A stretch of 63,898 bases of DNA from positions 1 through 63,898 of the forward strand of contig JAUCBJ010000753.1 of the NCBI GenBank assembly GCA_032718475.1, written 5' to 3'. The position numbers were made by a program, and so were the translations under genes. Of the stretch, positions 44,780 through 58,102 are shown in pieces (position 1 is the stretch's first letter; each line of letters opens with the position of its first letter). The DNA is from Nemertoderma westbladi (lineage: Eukaryota > Animalia > Xenacoelomorpha). The notes below the pieces were generated by a model. It did not search any database. It had not been told where the DNA came from and saw only the letters and a list, made by a program, of their open reading frames with translations.

Positions 44780-47069
44780 CACAGAGTCCCTAGCAATTCT
44801 ATTGGGCCATTCTGATATATTAATTAAGCCAGAGGATGTCAAGGATGAGACAGTCTGTTTTCATCATGAAAAATACTTCCTGGATAAGTTTTCTTCCTTT
44901 CAAAAAAACTGTTGTGATCCATTTCAAACTCATAAACAGCTTGTTAAGAAAGACCTGTGAGAAATTGATCTAGACCTTTCTGTGTACCTTAATTCTGCAT
45001 TTCCTCAACGAAATTTTAAACCTGGCGAAAAGTTATGTACAAACTGCAGGAAAGGAGTCAATGACAAGCAGAAAACGGATATTATTTGTGAGGATAGTCA
45101 TAGCTCACTCTCATCTGCTGATTCTGAAACGGAGTACTTAGAAGCTCGAGACAATCTCAATCTAACAGTTACATATCTTGGGATTAGTCCAATTAAATCC
45201 CATAGTGCTTCTGGACCACGAGAATTGTATGGGAAATGCAAAGCAGCTGAGATTGATGATGCAGTTAGATCAAAACTACATAAGGCAATAAATTTAGAAC
45301 ACACAATGCCTTGCAGTCTTCCTCTACGATGGAACCAGTTTCTGAAAATTGTTCAGATTGTAGTAGACTTGTAACAGGATTAAAAGTTCAAGTTTCACTA
45401 GCAAATACTACAAAGAAAAAAATTAAACTTCTTACACTTGCTTCTCAGAGTTGGACAATACAGAAAGTGGTGTGTGAATTTCAAGTGACAAATTGGACTG
45501 CTAAGCAAGCTCGAAAATTACGCAATGACCACGGGTTACTTCCAAATGTAGAAAAGAAACAAGGATCCAGAACAATTAGTAAGGAAACTGTAGACATAGT
45601 CTCATCTTTTTACCAAGATGATGAATTTTCAAGGCAGTGCCCAGGAAAAAAAAATTTTAATCAGTTTACTCAGATGATTTAAAAAAACCATATCCAAAAA
45701 AGGCTTATTTTAACAAATCTGAGTGAGCTGTATATCGAATTTAAGAAGAGACACCAACTGTGTAAACTTGGTTTCTCCAAATTTTACGAACTACGACCAA
45801 AGTGGTGTATTACAGTTTCAGATTACGGAGCACACAGTACCTGTGTTTGCCTGTAGCTCCCTTCCCTTGTTTCTGCGCTTGAGCATGTATTTTCTGATAA
45901 TGACATTGAATTGGATTCAGAAATTAAATATAGACAATGGACCTCTAACTCTGAACTTGTTGTCAAGCTAAGCACTGTTGATGAGTATATTGATTTTGCT
46001 TCTAAGCTAATTTATAATGTTTTGCCACATTCATTCATATCTAAAATGCAATCAGAAAGGCTTTCAAAGTTAAAAGAAGAACTATCATCCTCAGACTGCA
46101 AAATCCTCTTAGACTTCGCTGAGAATTACAGTTTTGTTTGTCAAGATGCTGTTCAAGGGTATCACTGGGACAACATACAGGCAACTGTTCATCCTTATGT
46201 TGTTTACCTTAAAGATACAAGTTCAACAAAATTGGTGTCCTACAGTTACTGTGTAATTGGTGATGAGAGAGATCATGGAGTAGGCACTGTACATACATTT
46301 CTAAGCACATTAATGCGCCATATAAAGAATCAGTTTCCCCAAATTCAAGGTACAGTTCATTACTTTTCTGATGGTTCTTCGCAACAGTATAAGAATTGTA
46401 AAAACTTTACAAACCTTTGTATGCATGCACCATGCAGACTTTGCTGTAGAAGCTGAGTGGAATTTTTTTGCCACATCCCATGGGAAAAGTACTTGTGATG
46501 GCATAGGAGGAACCACCAAAAGGTTGGTTGCCATGTCAAATGTCAAAAATGTCCACTACTTTTATATTTCTAAAGAAGAAGTTGCACAACATACTTCTAA
46601 AATAACTTCAAGACTTACTGATGCAGCAACAGTATCTGGCCCATGGAGTCATCATAAATTTGTTCCTATTGCAGGAGATTCGAATCATCTAAAAATGTTT
46701 AGAATCTCTGCTGATTCTGACTTCACCATCGTGTCACCTACATCATATTTGTCACCATTTTCAGCTGAGGTAGATATAGGAACAGGAAAGTGGGTTTCAG
46801 TAATATATGATAAGGCCTGGTACTTAGGAATTGTAGAAGATCATTCTGATGAATATAATGATATATATGTCACATTCATGTACCAAGCACAACAATCCTC
46901 TAAACTAAACTGGAAATGCCTGCACAGAAGGATGAGTGTTGGGTTCCAAAATATGATAAAAGGTATTGATGCACCCCTCCTAACTAGCATTAGTGGTAGA
47001 ATATACCAATTTCCAAGCAATGAAGTGGAATGTATTGAAAAAATGGCTTCTCTCAAAAATCGTATTTAA
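44780..47069 (+). pseudogene. Sola (probably Sola2)-like DDD transposase, fragmented
   Basis: CCDPFQTH..KLCTNCR, FYQDDEFSRQCPG, LDFAENYSFVCQDAVQGYHW, FSDGSSQQYKN, WNFFATSHGKSTCDGIGGTTKR. Confidence 0.7.
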
Positions 47070-47129
47070 ATGAGCTTAAATGGAAGCTATATATCCAACT
47101 AGAGTACCTAATGGTCACATTAGGAACAC

Positions 47130-48750
47130 ATACAGAACCAAGTGCTTCACCTGACCCTTGCTCTCAATCAACCTATCAAACTCTTCAGCTAATGAGCAAC
47201 TTTGAGCTGAAGAGATATGCGCTTTAAGATAGCCTTGATACCAGCTACGACAGTTGTTGTCCCACGCAAGAAGGGTCTTATGCTAGGTAAAGCCTGTATC
47301 ATTCTCTGCTGCATCTGTAACTTCTTCTCTATCTGCCCACAAACTTTCAACATTGCGTTATCTAATTTCTCACAGCAATGACTGTTGCAAAGGAGATGCT
47401 TAGGTTTATATTCAGTTCCAAACTTTTCAGAAACAATATCTTGGACCAATAGATTCTTCACCACTGAGTCTGTCATAAAACTATCAGTCTTCATCCATAA
47501 ATCTACAGCTTTCATATCAGATGCATCATCCATAGAGACAGCTGCTGCCATTTTTTCATAGGATTCTATGATCAGTCTAGCGATATTCTGGCGATCTTCA
47601 TATGCAAAAAATATTGAACGTAATTGGAACAGTTGAATTGTTTGTTTTGATTCCTTGGTAGACAAATTGATTAGGACTACCAGCGATTCACCATCTATTC
47701 AACTTCTTGAAGTCGAGTTGAAGTGGCATGTAGCAACATTGTCATTAGATTTATTGAGAAAAGCCAAACCAGCATCCCGCTCTTCTGTAGCAGCTTGACG
47801 TTGCTTGTAGTTATTAATAACTTTTGTAGATGGAAGGACCCATCTATAATCTCTATATTCATTCCTCAGCTCTGTGGGGAGATTTTGCACTAGCAACTCT
47901 TCTTCTCTTGGTAAATGGGTCTAAATGATGGTCAGTGGCATTCGACTGACTTTGCTGGTATTCTTCTGGTGACAGGTAATAGTTATGATTGTAGAGCATG
48001 TTGCACGTTTTTTGAACTGCAACTCGAGATAGTTCAGCAGATCTGTTGCAGCTGAAACTGATGCACATGCTGATTTAATGTTGTCATTACAATCCCGAAA
48101 GAGTTATCTTCTCATCAACTCTAGAGAATCCTGAGCGCGAATGATGTTGAGATAAGCGGAGAGCATCTCTAGATGTTCCTGGAATTTCATCACCCCCTGT
48201 CAATTCTTCTCAAATCATCAATTTGTTGTCGTGCTGCTACTATCTCATTCAGCTTTTGTCTTTCATACTCCTCATCGATTTCCTTATCATTGATATACCC
48301 AACGCTAACACGCTTAGCCGACCTCGGATTATAGTAAAATATTTTCTCTGGATTATCAAACTCATCTGGGCTAGAAGAATTTTTTAAACAATCAAACAGT
48401 TGATTGTTGTCTCCATGGAATCTCCAGGTTCTCAAACGTTCTCTCTGTGATTTCCCAGCTAAAGCTGATTTCACTTTCCCCTTTGACATTACCTCATTCG
48501 AGTAGCTCTTCAAGCCATTACGAATATGTTTCTTGATTGTGTTCATAAGAGAAACATGTTCATGTCCAAAGGCCTTCGACCAAATTTCTATCAGTGATGA
48601 TACATAACAATTTATAGTAGTGGTTCTGTGTGGATGTTCATTGCTTGGGGTGCCTCCAGGAGATTCCTCATATATATCAATTATTACCTCATTAAACCAT
48701 GGTAGCTTCTGTCCCAGATTTCAATTTCTTTCTTTCATCTTCTGAAACAT
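47130..48750 (-). pseudogene. hAT-like DDE transposase remnant
   Basis: HFNSTSRS.IDG, FFAYEDRQNI, FMTDSVVKN, HLLCNSH (CxxH); superfamily assignment tentative. Confidence 0.55.
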
Positions 48751-51329
48751 CTTTCAATTTATGCATTATAATTATCAATGTCTACAAATTCATAGTTATA
48801 AAATGTTTAACATTAGTATAGGCCTAAGTGAATTAGTTAAAGACCAATCTATGTATTTTTACAGAGTACATGAGTATGTAAGAACACGTAAATCACTAGA
48901 CCTACCACTACCAGTAATGTAATTTGATGCGGTAGGATAGAAGACTTTTTGGGGGCTGCCAACATAACTTAAATTTATTAATAATGTAATTTTTGTTGTT
49001 TTTACTCAAGATATATCCTATAGAAGACATTCTTGGTATGTTCACTGAATTTTAAAACTATGACCCGAAATAAGGTACATACAGCCTACACCTACATAAA
49101 ATCAGAATAGTTATTAATTCTTACAATAATTCTTACTAGATAGAAACCTGTGTATTAATCGGAATATCCAGAAGATTTAAATAATGAAATAAAATTGAGT
49201 AATATAATATATAATAATGAAATATCTAAAACTCTTTCAAATAATTCTGATACACATGTTAAAAACAATTAATGAAATCCGACTAATATAATATAATCGT
49301 CATGTGGCAATAAAAAGGCTCTATCTCAAATTTTTAAATTTAAACAAAATGTTCCAGAACATCGTGTATTTATTAAATAGAATAAATGGCTTTCAGCGAA
49401 CAATACTTCTTTCAATCTTTGAACGCCTATATCTCAGCTGTTTCTCGCGATTTCATAAAAGACACTTTTTTTAAAACGCCTATAAAAAAAATTTAAAGGC
49501 AAAATCGAAAATTCCGGCTTCATGGGGTCAACCAATTTGAGTTGAACTAGTTGTGTTTCAAATTTCAAGCAATATGACAAAGATTTGTAGAAAAATCTGG
49601 GGGGGGTCCGCGTCATCAGAAAATGACACTTTATTACGGTTCATGGTCATGATCTAAGAGACAAATGTCGTGCTGCATTTGTGGGGCTAATTCTAAGGGC
49701 CTAACCCTAATGTATGAGGCGATGGGAATTGCATGTTTAATGCAATACTTATTTCTTATCCTACGATAGCACGATGTCCAAATGATATGATGATAAGCGT
49801 AAAAACATTTCTTCTTTCAAAAAAAGAGAAATTTTCACCTAAATATTGTTCATCTGATTATGAACCACGTACTTATGACTAATTTGTCAATCAGTTGACA
49901 AATCAATATGTTTTTGGCAATTCGATTGTACTGGAAGCCCTTGGCATATTCTCTATCGATGATTATTTGTAGTTCTTACTTCAGAATCGATTTCTGGTCG
50001 AATTCATTTTCAGCATGTAGGCATGTCTGATACACCTGAGGTTTTACCTGAGAATTTATCTGAGCACTGCGTAGTGATGTCAAATATGTAGCAGCCAATC
50101 ACAGCCGATTTTCAAAATTGGCTTCCCAGGCTTACTTAAATCCGCAATTTTGATCATTTCCACATGTTTTTACAAAAAAACAAAAACAAACCCCGCCTCA
50201 CGATTCAGGGCACTTTGTTACCCCTTATTCAATTTTTTTCTAGCCCAACAATTTTTTTGCGCACCAACCCTATTATGTAAATCTAAATGTCGAAATGGCT
50301 TTGATATTGTTTTTATGTAGTTAAAGAAAAATATTAGACTGTGGTGTAAGAAAAATATTCATCCATAGCATGTACTGGTGGTACAACCCACTAAATTTAT
50401 ATTTCAGATTTCAGTGTATTCAGATTTCAGTGCATGTTGCAACACCTTCGAGTCCTTGTCTAGAGGGAAAAGGTCGAAGCATCATCGAAGCACAGGTGGA
50501 GGAGATGGGCATAAAGGCGTTCTGAATCATTTATCTGAAACCCGGTTTTTTAGTTCAGCATAATATGTAGAATGGAAACGCATTGCTAAGGTGTTATTTA
50601 TAAACAGAAGCAAAAACGAGCTGAATTCAATGATTTCGATGATCCTCTGCAATACAAACTTCGAGGGAATATAAACATAACTTTTCTAGTTTTAATTTTA
50701 TTTTATTTGATTTTGTTTTTTTTATTTTTTTTTTATTTTGAAATTTGTTTTAATTGATTTTATTTACTTATTTTATTTTATTGAATTTCTTTAAATCTCA
50801 ATAAAAACATAATTTTTTGGGAATGTCACGGGTTGAGGCACAAAACTAACACTAACCAAAAATAATAAACCAAGTATACACGTCTCCTCTCCATAGCCAG
50901 TACAAATAACTGTACAAAGCCGTTAATTAATAAAAATAATAACCAAAATAATAAACAATCTGAGACAAGTTTAGATGACATATCGAATCTGTAGTGCTGT
51001 TTATTGTAATTATTTAGTTTCATTAAAAAAAAATTTCATTTTTAGCAGGATTTTGTTATAACCTTATTACTAATGATCGATATCCTAAAACCTTACATGA
51101 ATGGTGATGAACGAATTACAAGGGCATAATGTCTACCCTTGGAAGACATCAATATGGTTGCCCAAGCTTGGACAGTGGTTGGATGTTATATCGGGAGAAG
51201 CGAAGGTTAATGGGGATTACACCATCCTTCCCACATTCGGTAAAGAACATCCTCTATACTACGAACTCCTCTCGATGATACTATTATAAACTATAAAAAT
51301 GGGTGGAAATTCATAGTGTGGAATTATGC

Positions 51330-53900
51330 CTCCACGCTCACAATATCATGTGGGGCGTGCCATAAAAACTGTGTAACCAGTGTTATATTATGTGGAACAT
51401 GTTATTCTTGGTTCCATAGTAAATGCAAAATTAATAATAAATAATTAATTAATAACTTAATTTGGAACATTTAGATACTTTAGATAAAATACCACAAGAT
51501 TATTTGTGCAGCAAGTGCACTAATGAGCCAGGTGGAGAATTTAATTATTTTAAAGCACTACATAGATTACGCATCACCGTAGCTCAAGGAAACGAGTGCC
51601 TTAAAGAGGCAACCATATTATAAACTATACTTCAGAGAACTGAATCAATCCAAAAATTAGAAATACCTGAGGTTCGACTAGTTAATAATATTATTGACTA
51701 TGTCAACAACCATGCTATGGATTTATTAATAAAAAACAATTGAGAAAAGCCAATGGCAATTGTTTTTTTCACTCACTTCCAAAGGCAATTAATGGAACCG
51801 AAAACGTAAGTTTTGAAATTCGAGCACGCACTTATATAGAAATGATTATCAACAAGCCGTTCTATATTAAAAATTATTCAACACTAAACAAGGTTTCGGA
51901 GCCAAACTATTCAACACTAAACAAGGTTTCGGAGCCAGATAGTGCATTAAAATAAATTCATAAAAATCTTTGCTGGATCTATCGGCAAGAGAATGAAATT
52001 GGGATTTTTATCCCAGAACAAAACCTAATAGTCAGGGTGCAAATTGAATTTAGTTTTGATTGAGTGCTGCTTCAAATGTCATGTGAATCTGAAATTTTAT
52101 GACTTTCCTAAAAATCCATTGTCTTCCTAATACAGTAAACGGTTTTGAAAAATATTGAGAAGTTTTCGAGTTATAGCACCATTTTTTAACCCTACTTTTG
52201 GCACTTTTTTGAGACGTTTTTTTGAAAATTACATTTCATGAAATATGAATTGTACAGTAACATCTCTATTTTTGATTTACACCGATTTTTTGGTATTTCC
52301 AATTAGATAGAATTCATATAAATTTATTTCGAAATTTAAATCGTGTTTTTTTCGGCGGGTGCCAAATTTTAGTGTCAACACCAAAATATGAAATACATTG
52401 ATTTTGTAAATTTCTCGCGTTTTAGACGTTTATGAATTGATTTCTGATCAATGTTCTGAATTCAATGGAATAAATAATTATCTAACAAGACATCTCAAAC
52501 TCATATTTTATGGAAGTGGGTGCAAACTTCCATAAAAAAGCCATCAAATATATCAATTGATTGTGTCGTGTCACTTTGTTTCGTGCGTTATATGGGTTTG
52601 TGAGGGTTCTGAATTCAATGGGATAAGTAAAAATTGCATAAGAGTTTTCGAACTTGTATTTTATGTATTTACTCAGTAAATAAGTGACTATGAATAAATG
52701 AATACTGTATGATAAAAACTCCATTCGAACTAAAGTACATGATTTGCACCCTAACTACAGTACACAGATACAGAATTAGACAACACTTCTCAAATTATTG
52801 TTATGTTCAGTGGGGGCGACATTTCAGTTAAAACCTGGACACCCAACCATTTTGTCCTCATTCTAAAGAAAACTATAATTTCCCAAAGTCCCGAACATAC
52901 CAGCGATATTCTTTATTGCCCCCTCCAGTTGATGTTGCTGAGGATATCAACGCCGTGGCTGATGGTATAAATATTAATGGAGATAATGAGAAAGATATTA
53001 CAGAAACTTTACATAACTCCTCAGGAAATTAACTGTAGCTTTCCTAAATTGCCAGTTGCTGGTAAGGTTTATGACCATAGATTTCGTAATAGATAAATTG
53101 AATGACCCATCGAGTGTTATATATGATACAGGTCCACATGGCAACAAGAACAATGTTTATTTTGTAGTAAACAATACACCCAATCACGGAAAATCAAAAT
53201 CCTACTATGCAGATGATTGTGGGGTTTGGGATTCCCGTAGTATACTGTAAACCAATTGTTTTTTCGGCAAGAGAAATTAGGCGTACAAATTCTTGAGAGC
53301 GTTTACTATAAACACGGGAAATATTGCTATTCTATTAGGAAAGGTAAAAATTTCACATTCGATGAAATTAACCCTCAACCTGAAACTAGCGATGTAATTT
53401 CAATGAATAGATATTACACAAACTTAAAAGCTGATAGCAAGTTTAAGAAACGTATCACTTTTTATACAAACCATTAAACTACTCATACTAGACTCGAATA
53501 TGATGAAAAGGCCTTAACCAAGTTATACCTTGTCGAATATTGTATACAACAGTAAGCTATCCAGTGTGCCACATGGGAATAGTTCCATACATTCAAATTT
53601 AAAACCTTTCTACCGTACTGATCCTTCCATTTTGGAAAAGATAAAATGATTTCGATTATAGTGATGACACTGAAACCAGTATAATTGCGGAGATCAGGCC
53701 GCAGTACCAAGGAATCGAACTTACATATGGGTGGAAGGTCCAAGCAGTCACCAGATCCTGATCTAATATGTGGATGTGGAAGAAAGTACCTGATGGTACT
53801 GATTGGCTCGCCAGATATGTAAGTGACGTATTTAAAGACATTTCATTTCGTTGTTCTGTGGTGACTTGAAATTATCACTAGAATTAGACCTAGAATTACT
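51330..53900 (+). pseudogene. Decayed transposon-type gene: PHD finger + vertnin/OTU-like domain + MULE-associated N-terminal domain
   Basis: CGACHKNC..ILCGTCYSWFHSKC..YLCSKC; ANGNCFFHSL..E..FEIRART.IEM; WTPNHF; YADDCGVW; RYYTNLK..KKRITF..PHGNS..PFYRTDPS; interrupted by a piggyBac-like fragment. Confidence 0.6.
52085..52660 (-). mobile_element. Fragment of the piggyBac-like non-autonomous family
   Basis: Reverse-complement similarity to ~61210-61940, including the internal repeats. Confidence 0.75.
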
Positions 53901-54712
53901 ATTTAAACAGTTAGTAGGGAAAAGAACTGCATCAGGTGGAGTGAGCGGATTCACTCAAGTTCTGATTCTCTACAATTGCCCTCTTCATCACCATGGCATT
54001 TCGAACAGAAACAGATGTAGATAGATTCAACTCCAATTGTATTTGGTCTTCATTGATCAAACTTCGTGAAGCAACTAGATCCTTTATTAATTATCCATTA
54101 TTCGTTATTACCCACTATGCCTGTCGGTAAATATAATACCTTGAGCATAGTGATAAAAAGTACCACTTTTTTCCCAAGCTATCAGTAATAAATTAATATA
54201 TTATTTTATTTCAGATATTATGGAATGATTTTCGATTCTACACTGGACAAGGTACATCATGAACAATTTATAACTGGTGTCCAAGGGAATGGTTTATTGA
54301 TAGAAACCATAAGGTGATAATTGTGAACTGCAACAATCACAGTCTCAACTTAGATGGAGTTCACACTGCGAGTCATGAAACAATAGCAGTAACGTTATTT
54401 GCCGTCATTGAGGCCATTTATACATTATTTTCATGGTTTACAATTCTTTGGTAAAAACTAAAGGAAAGGACATCCTTAACCGTTTCAAGTGTGAGAGTGA
54501 GACTAATTTCATAATTTCATTGAATTAATATTTCGTGAGGATAATGTAGACTGGATCGCAACCCATTTTTTGGGCAAAGATAAGGGCGAAACACAGGGGT
54601 GGTTGTCTGTCAAATAAGCAATGGGTAGAGATCTCTTTGCATTATTTGGACGATCCTGGTTTTTTTCAGCTAGGTGTTGGTGAGGATATGGGTATGAACC
54701 ATTCTATGGTTT
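52472..54712 (+). repeat. Arm A (right); inverted copy of 6570..8840
   Basis: Paired ORFs, e.g. 53256..53477(+) vs 7651..8028(-) and 53483..53743(-) vs 7515..7817(+). Confidence 0.93.
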
Positions 54713-54765
54713 GTAGAACGTTTCATTCCACTATTGCCAAAATAGTGGAAAAGAAACATCATTGG
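54590..54765 (+). pseudogene. PIF/Harbinger-like transposase HTH fragment
   Basis: LHYLDDPGFFQLGVGEDMGMNHSMVCRTFHSTIAKI resembles the HARBI1-type L.FLA.G.FQ..VG...G..Q.TV.R pattern. Confidence 0.5.
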
Positions 54766-55318
54766 AAAAAGTTAGGTATAACTACAATTCATAGAATAAG
54801 GAATCAGCTGGGATGGGTTTCAGCAAATATGAAATATTGCCAGATGGTTCGTGAGGTGAACAAAGTGAAATTATTAGCATTTGTTAATAATTTGAAAGGT
54901 GAGTTACAACCTTTTAGTTAGGGAATACTGAATAATGTGAATACTAATACTATAAGTACTGTATAAAATGTGTTATAATATATATAATTAATAAAGTCTA
55001 ATTAAAAAGACTAATAGAATTAATAAGACTTACAGTTGGCCTACAGCACAGTGTACTACAGTACTGAGTACTGTCAGACTGATGCTGGTTCAGTGTTGAC
55101 TGTTTTATGTTATGTTTGTTATATTAACTAGCTGACTGGAGGCCCCCCAAACATGTTGATCCCCACATTTATACAGTAGGCATAAATTTAATAATGAGGA
55201 TTCCTTAGTATTAATGGCTAAATTTTAGTTTTATGAACTACTGCTATGTTAAATAATATTGCTGAGCAGGAACAACGGGAACTGGATGAAGTATTCGGGC
55301 TGAGTGAGGTAGTCGAGA

Positions 55319-56800
55319 ATGAGGGAGTCGACGACTGATGTCATTGTAGATGACCCACGTATTACTGTTAATGAAGCTGATGGCGAGTTGAAATTTTCAA
55401 ACATCGAAGTGGATATTATGTTTGAGAAATCAGAAACCAATAATGAAGAAGCTGTCAAGGTATTTCAGTTTATAGAAGAAACATGTGGGTGTACTCTGGG
55501 ATCCAATAATACGCCATGTTCCACGATATTTACTCGGAAGATTGTAGAGGAAAGGCGGAATAATTACTTTGAACTTTCAAAGAACGAGTTTTGTGTTTTA
55601 ACGCACTTTGAGGTTGGTACAAAATGTGAGGGAATGAATAATCTATATCAAACTGGTATTGGAATATAACATAGGTCTAGTCAAATTTCAGAATGTGACT
55701 GGGATCCTCAGGAATACATCCCATACTGTTTCTGAGGACTTTTTATTTGTAAGAAACTTTTTTGGATTGGGGCCTAAATGATACCATAATTTACGTGATC
55801 ACTTCCGTAAGAATGGTGTGTCTGTGTGGGTCCATGGTTTAGTTGGACATGTGTCAAACTCCTGCAAAGATTCGGCTACCATTATTACTAATATGGTCCG
55901 TTTTAGAAACAACATTGCAGATCGTAGTGTGATACCAATACCGGGAAGGATTCCTGCGTTTAGGAATTTTAAAGTGATGCAGTTACCGAGTTCAATGTCT
56001 AAAATGTCCATACACTGTAATTATTCTAAGCATTGCGAGGCCTGTGACTATAAACAGCCCATGCATTACACAACTTTTATTAGGGTGTGGAATATAGATT
56101 TGTGCCTTACATTGGAACAATGTCGTTGTCTCAAGATCTATGTGAGATTTGTAAGATAAACGTAAAATGTAAGATAAAAGTTGCTACAGCCCATTTAGAA
56201 GATGCATGCAATGCCAGGAAGCAATATAAGGAATTTCAAAAAGCTGCGGTATTTGAAGGAAGGTCTATGATCTCCTTTGATTACTCTCAGAATCGTTCTT
56301 ATCCAGGGTGTCCACAGCAAGTCAGATCAATATTTTTTCAGATACCCCGGCATTGTGGACTTTTTGTATTTATGATACTTTATGTATGACGAAGTCCAAA
56401 ACAAACAACTTAATGTGTTGATTGATGAAGCAGACATGGCTGGTAAGGGCGATGATGCAACTATTAGCCTTCTTCATTACCACCTTTCTCAAGGTTGCTA
56501 TAGCAAACTGGATCTTAAAGCAGGCAATACTGTTACGCAAAACAAAAACAATGCGATGCTACAATATCTAATATGGCGTGTATGTGTTAATATGTTAATT
56601 GGCATGTGGCTAAAGGACTAAACACTGAAATAACCTTGACCTTCATGGTTTTGGGGCACACAAAATTTGCTCCAGAGCGGTGATTCGGACTGATAAGAAG
56701 AGGTTTGCCACTTGTGATGTTGACACATTCGATGACATCAAGATTATCATCCTATATTCTACTATGGCGGGTAGTACTGAGGTTGTAGAAACGTGGCATA
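55319..56800 (+). pseudogene. Sola1-like DDD transposase remnant
   Basis: SFDYSQN..P..PQQ..FFQIPRHCGLF, LIDEAD.AGKG..ATISLLH, QNKNNAMLQYLIWR, FMVLGHTKFAPE. Confidence 0.6.
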
Positions 56801-58102
56801 CTGTGACATCTTTATGTCGTTATTATCTTCTATGTCTTTTTATCTGTGACATATTATGTGGCTTATTAAACATATACTTTTATAAACATAGTCTCCACAG
56901 TATTAATGTTGGCATTAATGTAGCCAAAACACTGTATACCTAACCGTCATTCAGCTTACATTAGCAGAGTGACACTGTGTACCTAACAGTCATTCAGCTT
57001 ACATTAGCAGAGTGAGTAACTTGTAGATATTCCCATAGAATGCATTGGGAAGAGTTATTCAGCTGAGGCGGTAATAGATTGATTACAAACTAACCCAAAA
57101 AGTTGGCAACCTCATCGATTTATACTAAGCCTGTATAGAAATCCACAAACTAAACCAACCAGTTAAAGTTTGCTTTGCCTGAGTAGAAGGGCCTAACAAA
57201 CAGTATGGGTGTACTAAGTACAATAATCTTGGCAACCTCATTGATTTATACTAAGCATTGTGTAGAACACCCCATGCCTGAAGTAGCTCAATGACTTTGA
57301 AAAATACCCATGGCCAATTTTTGTTTTTAGAGTATTGCTTATATCAATAGAAGTGAAAAAAAAATTAAATTTAAAATATTTGGTCGGGGTCTTTAATTTT
57401 TAAAAAGATTTTCAAATTTTTTTCAAAATTTTGAAAAATACTGGCTATGCAAAACATTTTTTAAAAATACCCAAGGTATGTTATGATTTTAAAATACTCG
57501 AGATATTAATAAAAGTTAAAAAAATGCAAATTTATAATATTTGGTCGAGGTCTTCAAATTTTATAGAGATTTCATATTTTTCAAACTTTTGAAAAATACC
57601 GGCTGTGCCAAACATTTTTTAAAAATACCCAAAGTAGGTTATGATTTTAAAACACGGGTTAAATCAATAGAAGTTAAAAAATGTAAATTAAACTTATTTG
57701 GTTGGGGTCTGTCTTCGATTTATTTTTAAGAATAACAAAATTTATAAACACATAGATTTTATGTTGTAATTTATGTTTTTTATGTTATTTCAAAAGATGT
57801 GAAAAACGCTTTTAAACAGAAAAAATTACACAAAAAAAGCTTTTAACCAAATTACCAATGAATCAAATTACCATGGTTATAGGGAATATTGAATCCTTAT
57901 AATGTATGTGGATTTCATTGGATATGCTTTACTTAATTAATTAATATTGTATTTAGGCGGGAAATTTGAAAGTTTAAATGTCTGCCTACTGCTGTACTGT
58001 TGCAGGTGTAGGGAGATAGCTGACCTACTTTACTGATTATTGTAGTAATCTCACCATACTCTTAGTAGGCCTACAGTGTTGCAAATTTCAGAGTTGTCAA
58101 TT

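Noticed and set aside
6570-54712. Giant TIR element (Maverick/Polinton or Teratorn-like) with multi-kb TIRs
   Set aside because: No DNA polymerase B, integrase, capsid or packaging ATPase seen; the arms are mosaics of decayed unrelated TEs, with no TSD
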